Shown piece after piece: positions 63,663-64,000 of a stretch of 64,000 nucleotides of DNA. The notes below the pieces were generated by a model, which worked only from the letters and a program-made list of their open reading frames with translations, made no database searches and had not been told where the DNA came from. The DNA is from Octopus sinensis. Lineage: Eukaryota. Both the position numbers and the translations under genes were made by a program. The stretch covers positions 5,518,001 to 5,582,000 of the forward strand of contig NC_043023.1 of assembly GCF_006345805.1 (NCBI RefSeq), written 5' to 3'. Numbering within the stretch: the first letter of the stretch is position 1; each line of letters begins with the position of its first letter.

Positions 63663-64000
63663 GTAATGTCTGGTGTTCTTTCTGGGTTTTGGAATAAATT
63701 TAACCCTTTAGCATTCAGATTACTCTGCTCTCAAATATTGGCATCCGTGCTAGTGGAGCACTAAGAGCACCATCCAAGTGTGATTGTTACCAGCGTCGCT
63801 TTACTGGCACTTGTGCCGGTGTGCAGGTGGCACATGAAAAAAAAAAATTGGGGCTTGGCCGTTGCCAGTACCACCTGACTGGCCCTCGTGCCGGTGGTAC
63901 GTAAAAACACCCACTCCACTCTCGGAGTGGTTGGCATTAGGAAGGGCATCCAGCTGTAGAAACTCTGCCAGATCAAGATTGGAGCCTGGTACAGCCATCT

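Overview
This is AT-rich, repeat-saturated eukaryotic DNA; the SINE families and microsatellite load point to an octopus/coleoid cephalopod (inference). Most ORFs in the supplied track are repeat or microsatellite artefacts. Two kinds of real gene could be spliced by hand. (1) At the right end, the first three coding exons of POLR3H (RPC8/RPC25, RNA polymerase III subunit) on the + strand. (2) Two tandem copies, 27.5-28.5 kb apart on the - strand, of an unrecognised type I membrane protein gene: signal peptide, two atypical Ig-like domains (each a micro-exon plus a 252-nt exon, all phase 1-1), a transmembrane helix and a very short tail. Copy 2 (39805-32383) is an intact 265-aa ORF ending in KKLV. 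Copy 1 (11310-4795) has a frameshifted domain 1 exon and a stop just before KKLV. The copies are about 95-99% identical in the flanking sequence I compared, yet differ almost only by amino-acid-changing substitutions in the exons. This suggests a rapidly diversifying receptor family and is the best candidate for an undescribed system. Around the genes lie Penelope-like remnants with hammerhead-ribozyme cores, Helitrons, piggyBac, MULE and foldback MITEs, two decayed hAT transposons, RTE and R4/Dong LINE fragments, and an L1/Tx1 LINE embedded in (GATA)n. All coordinates and counts are manual; no database search was run.
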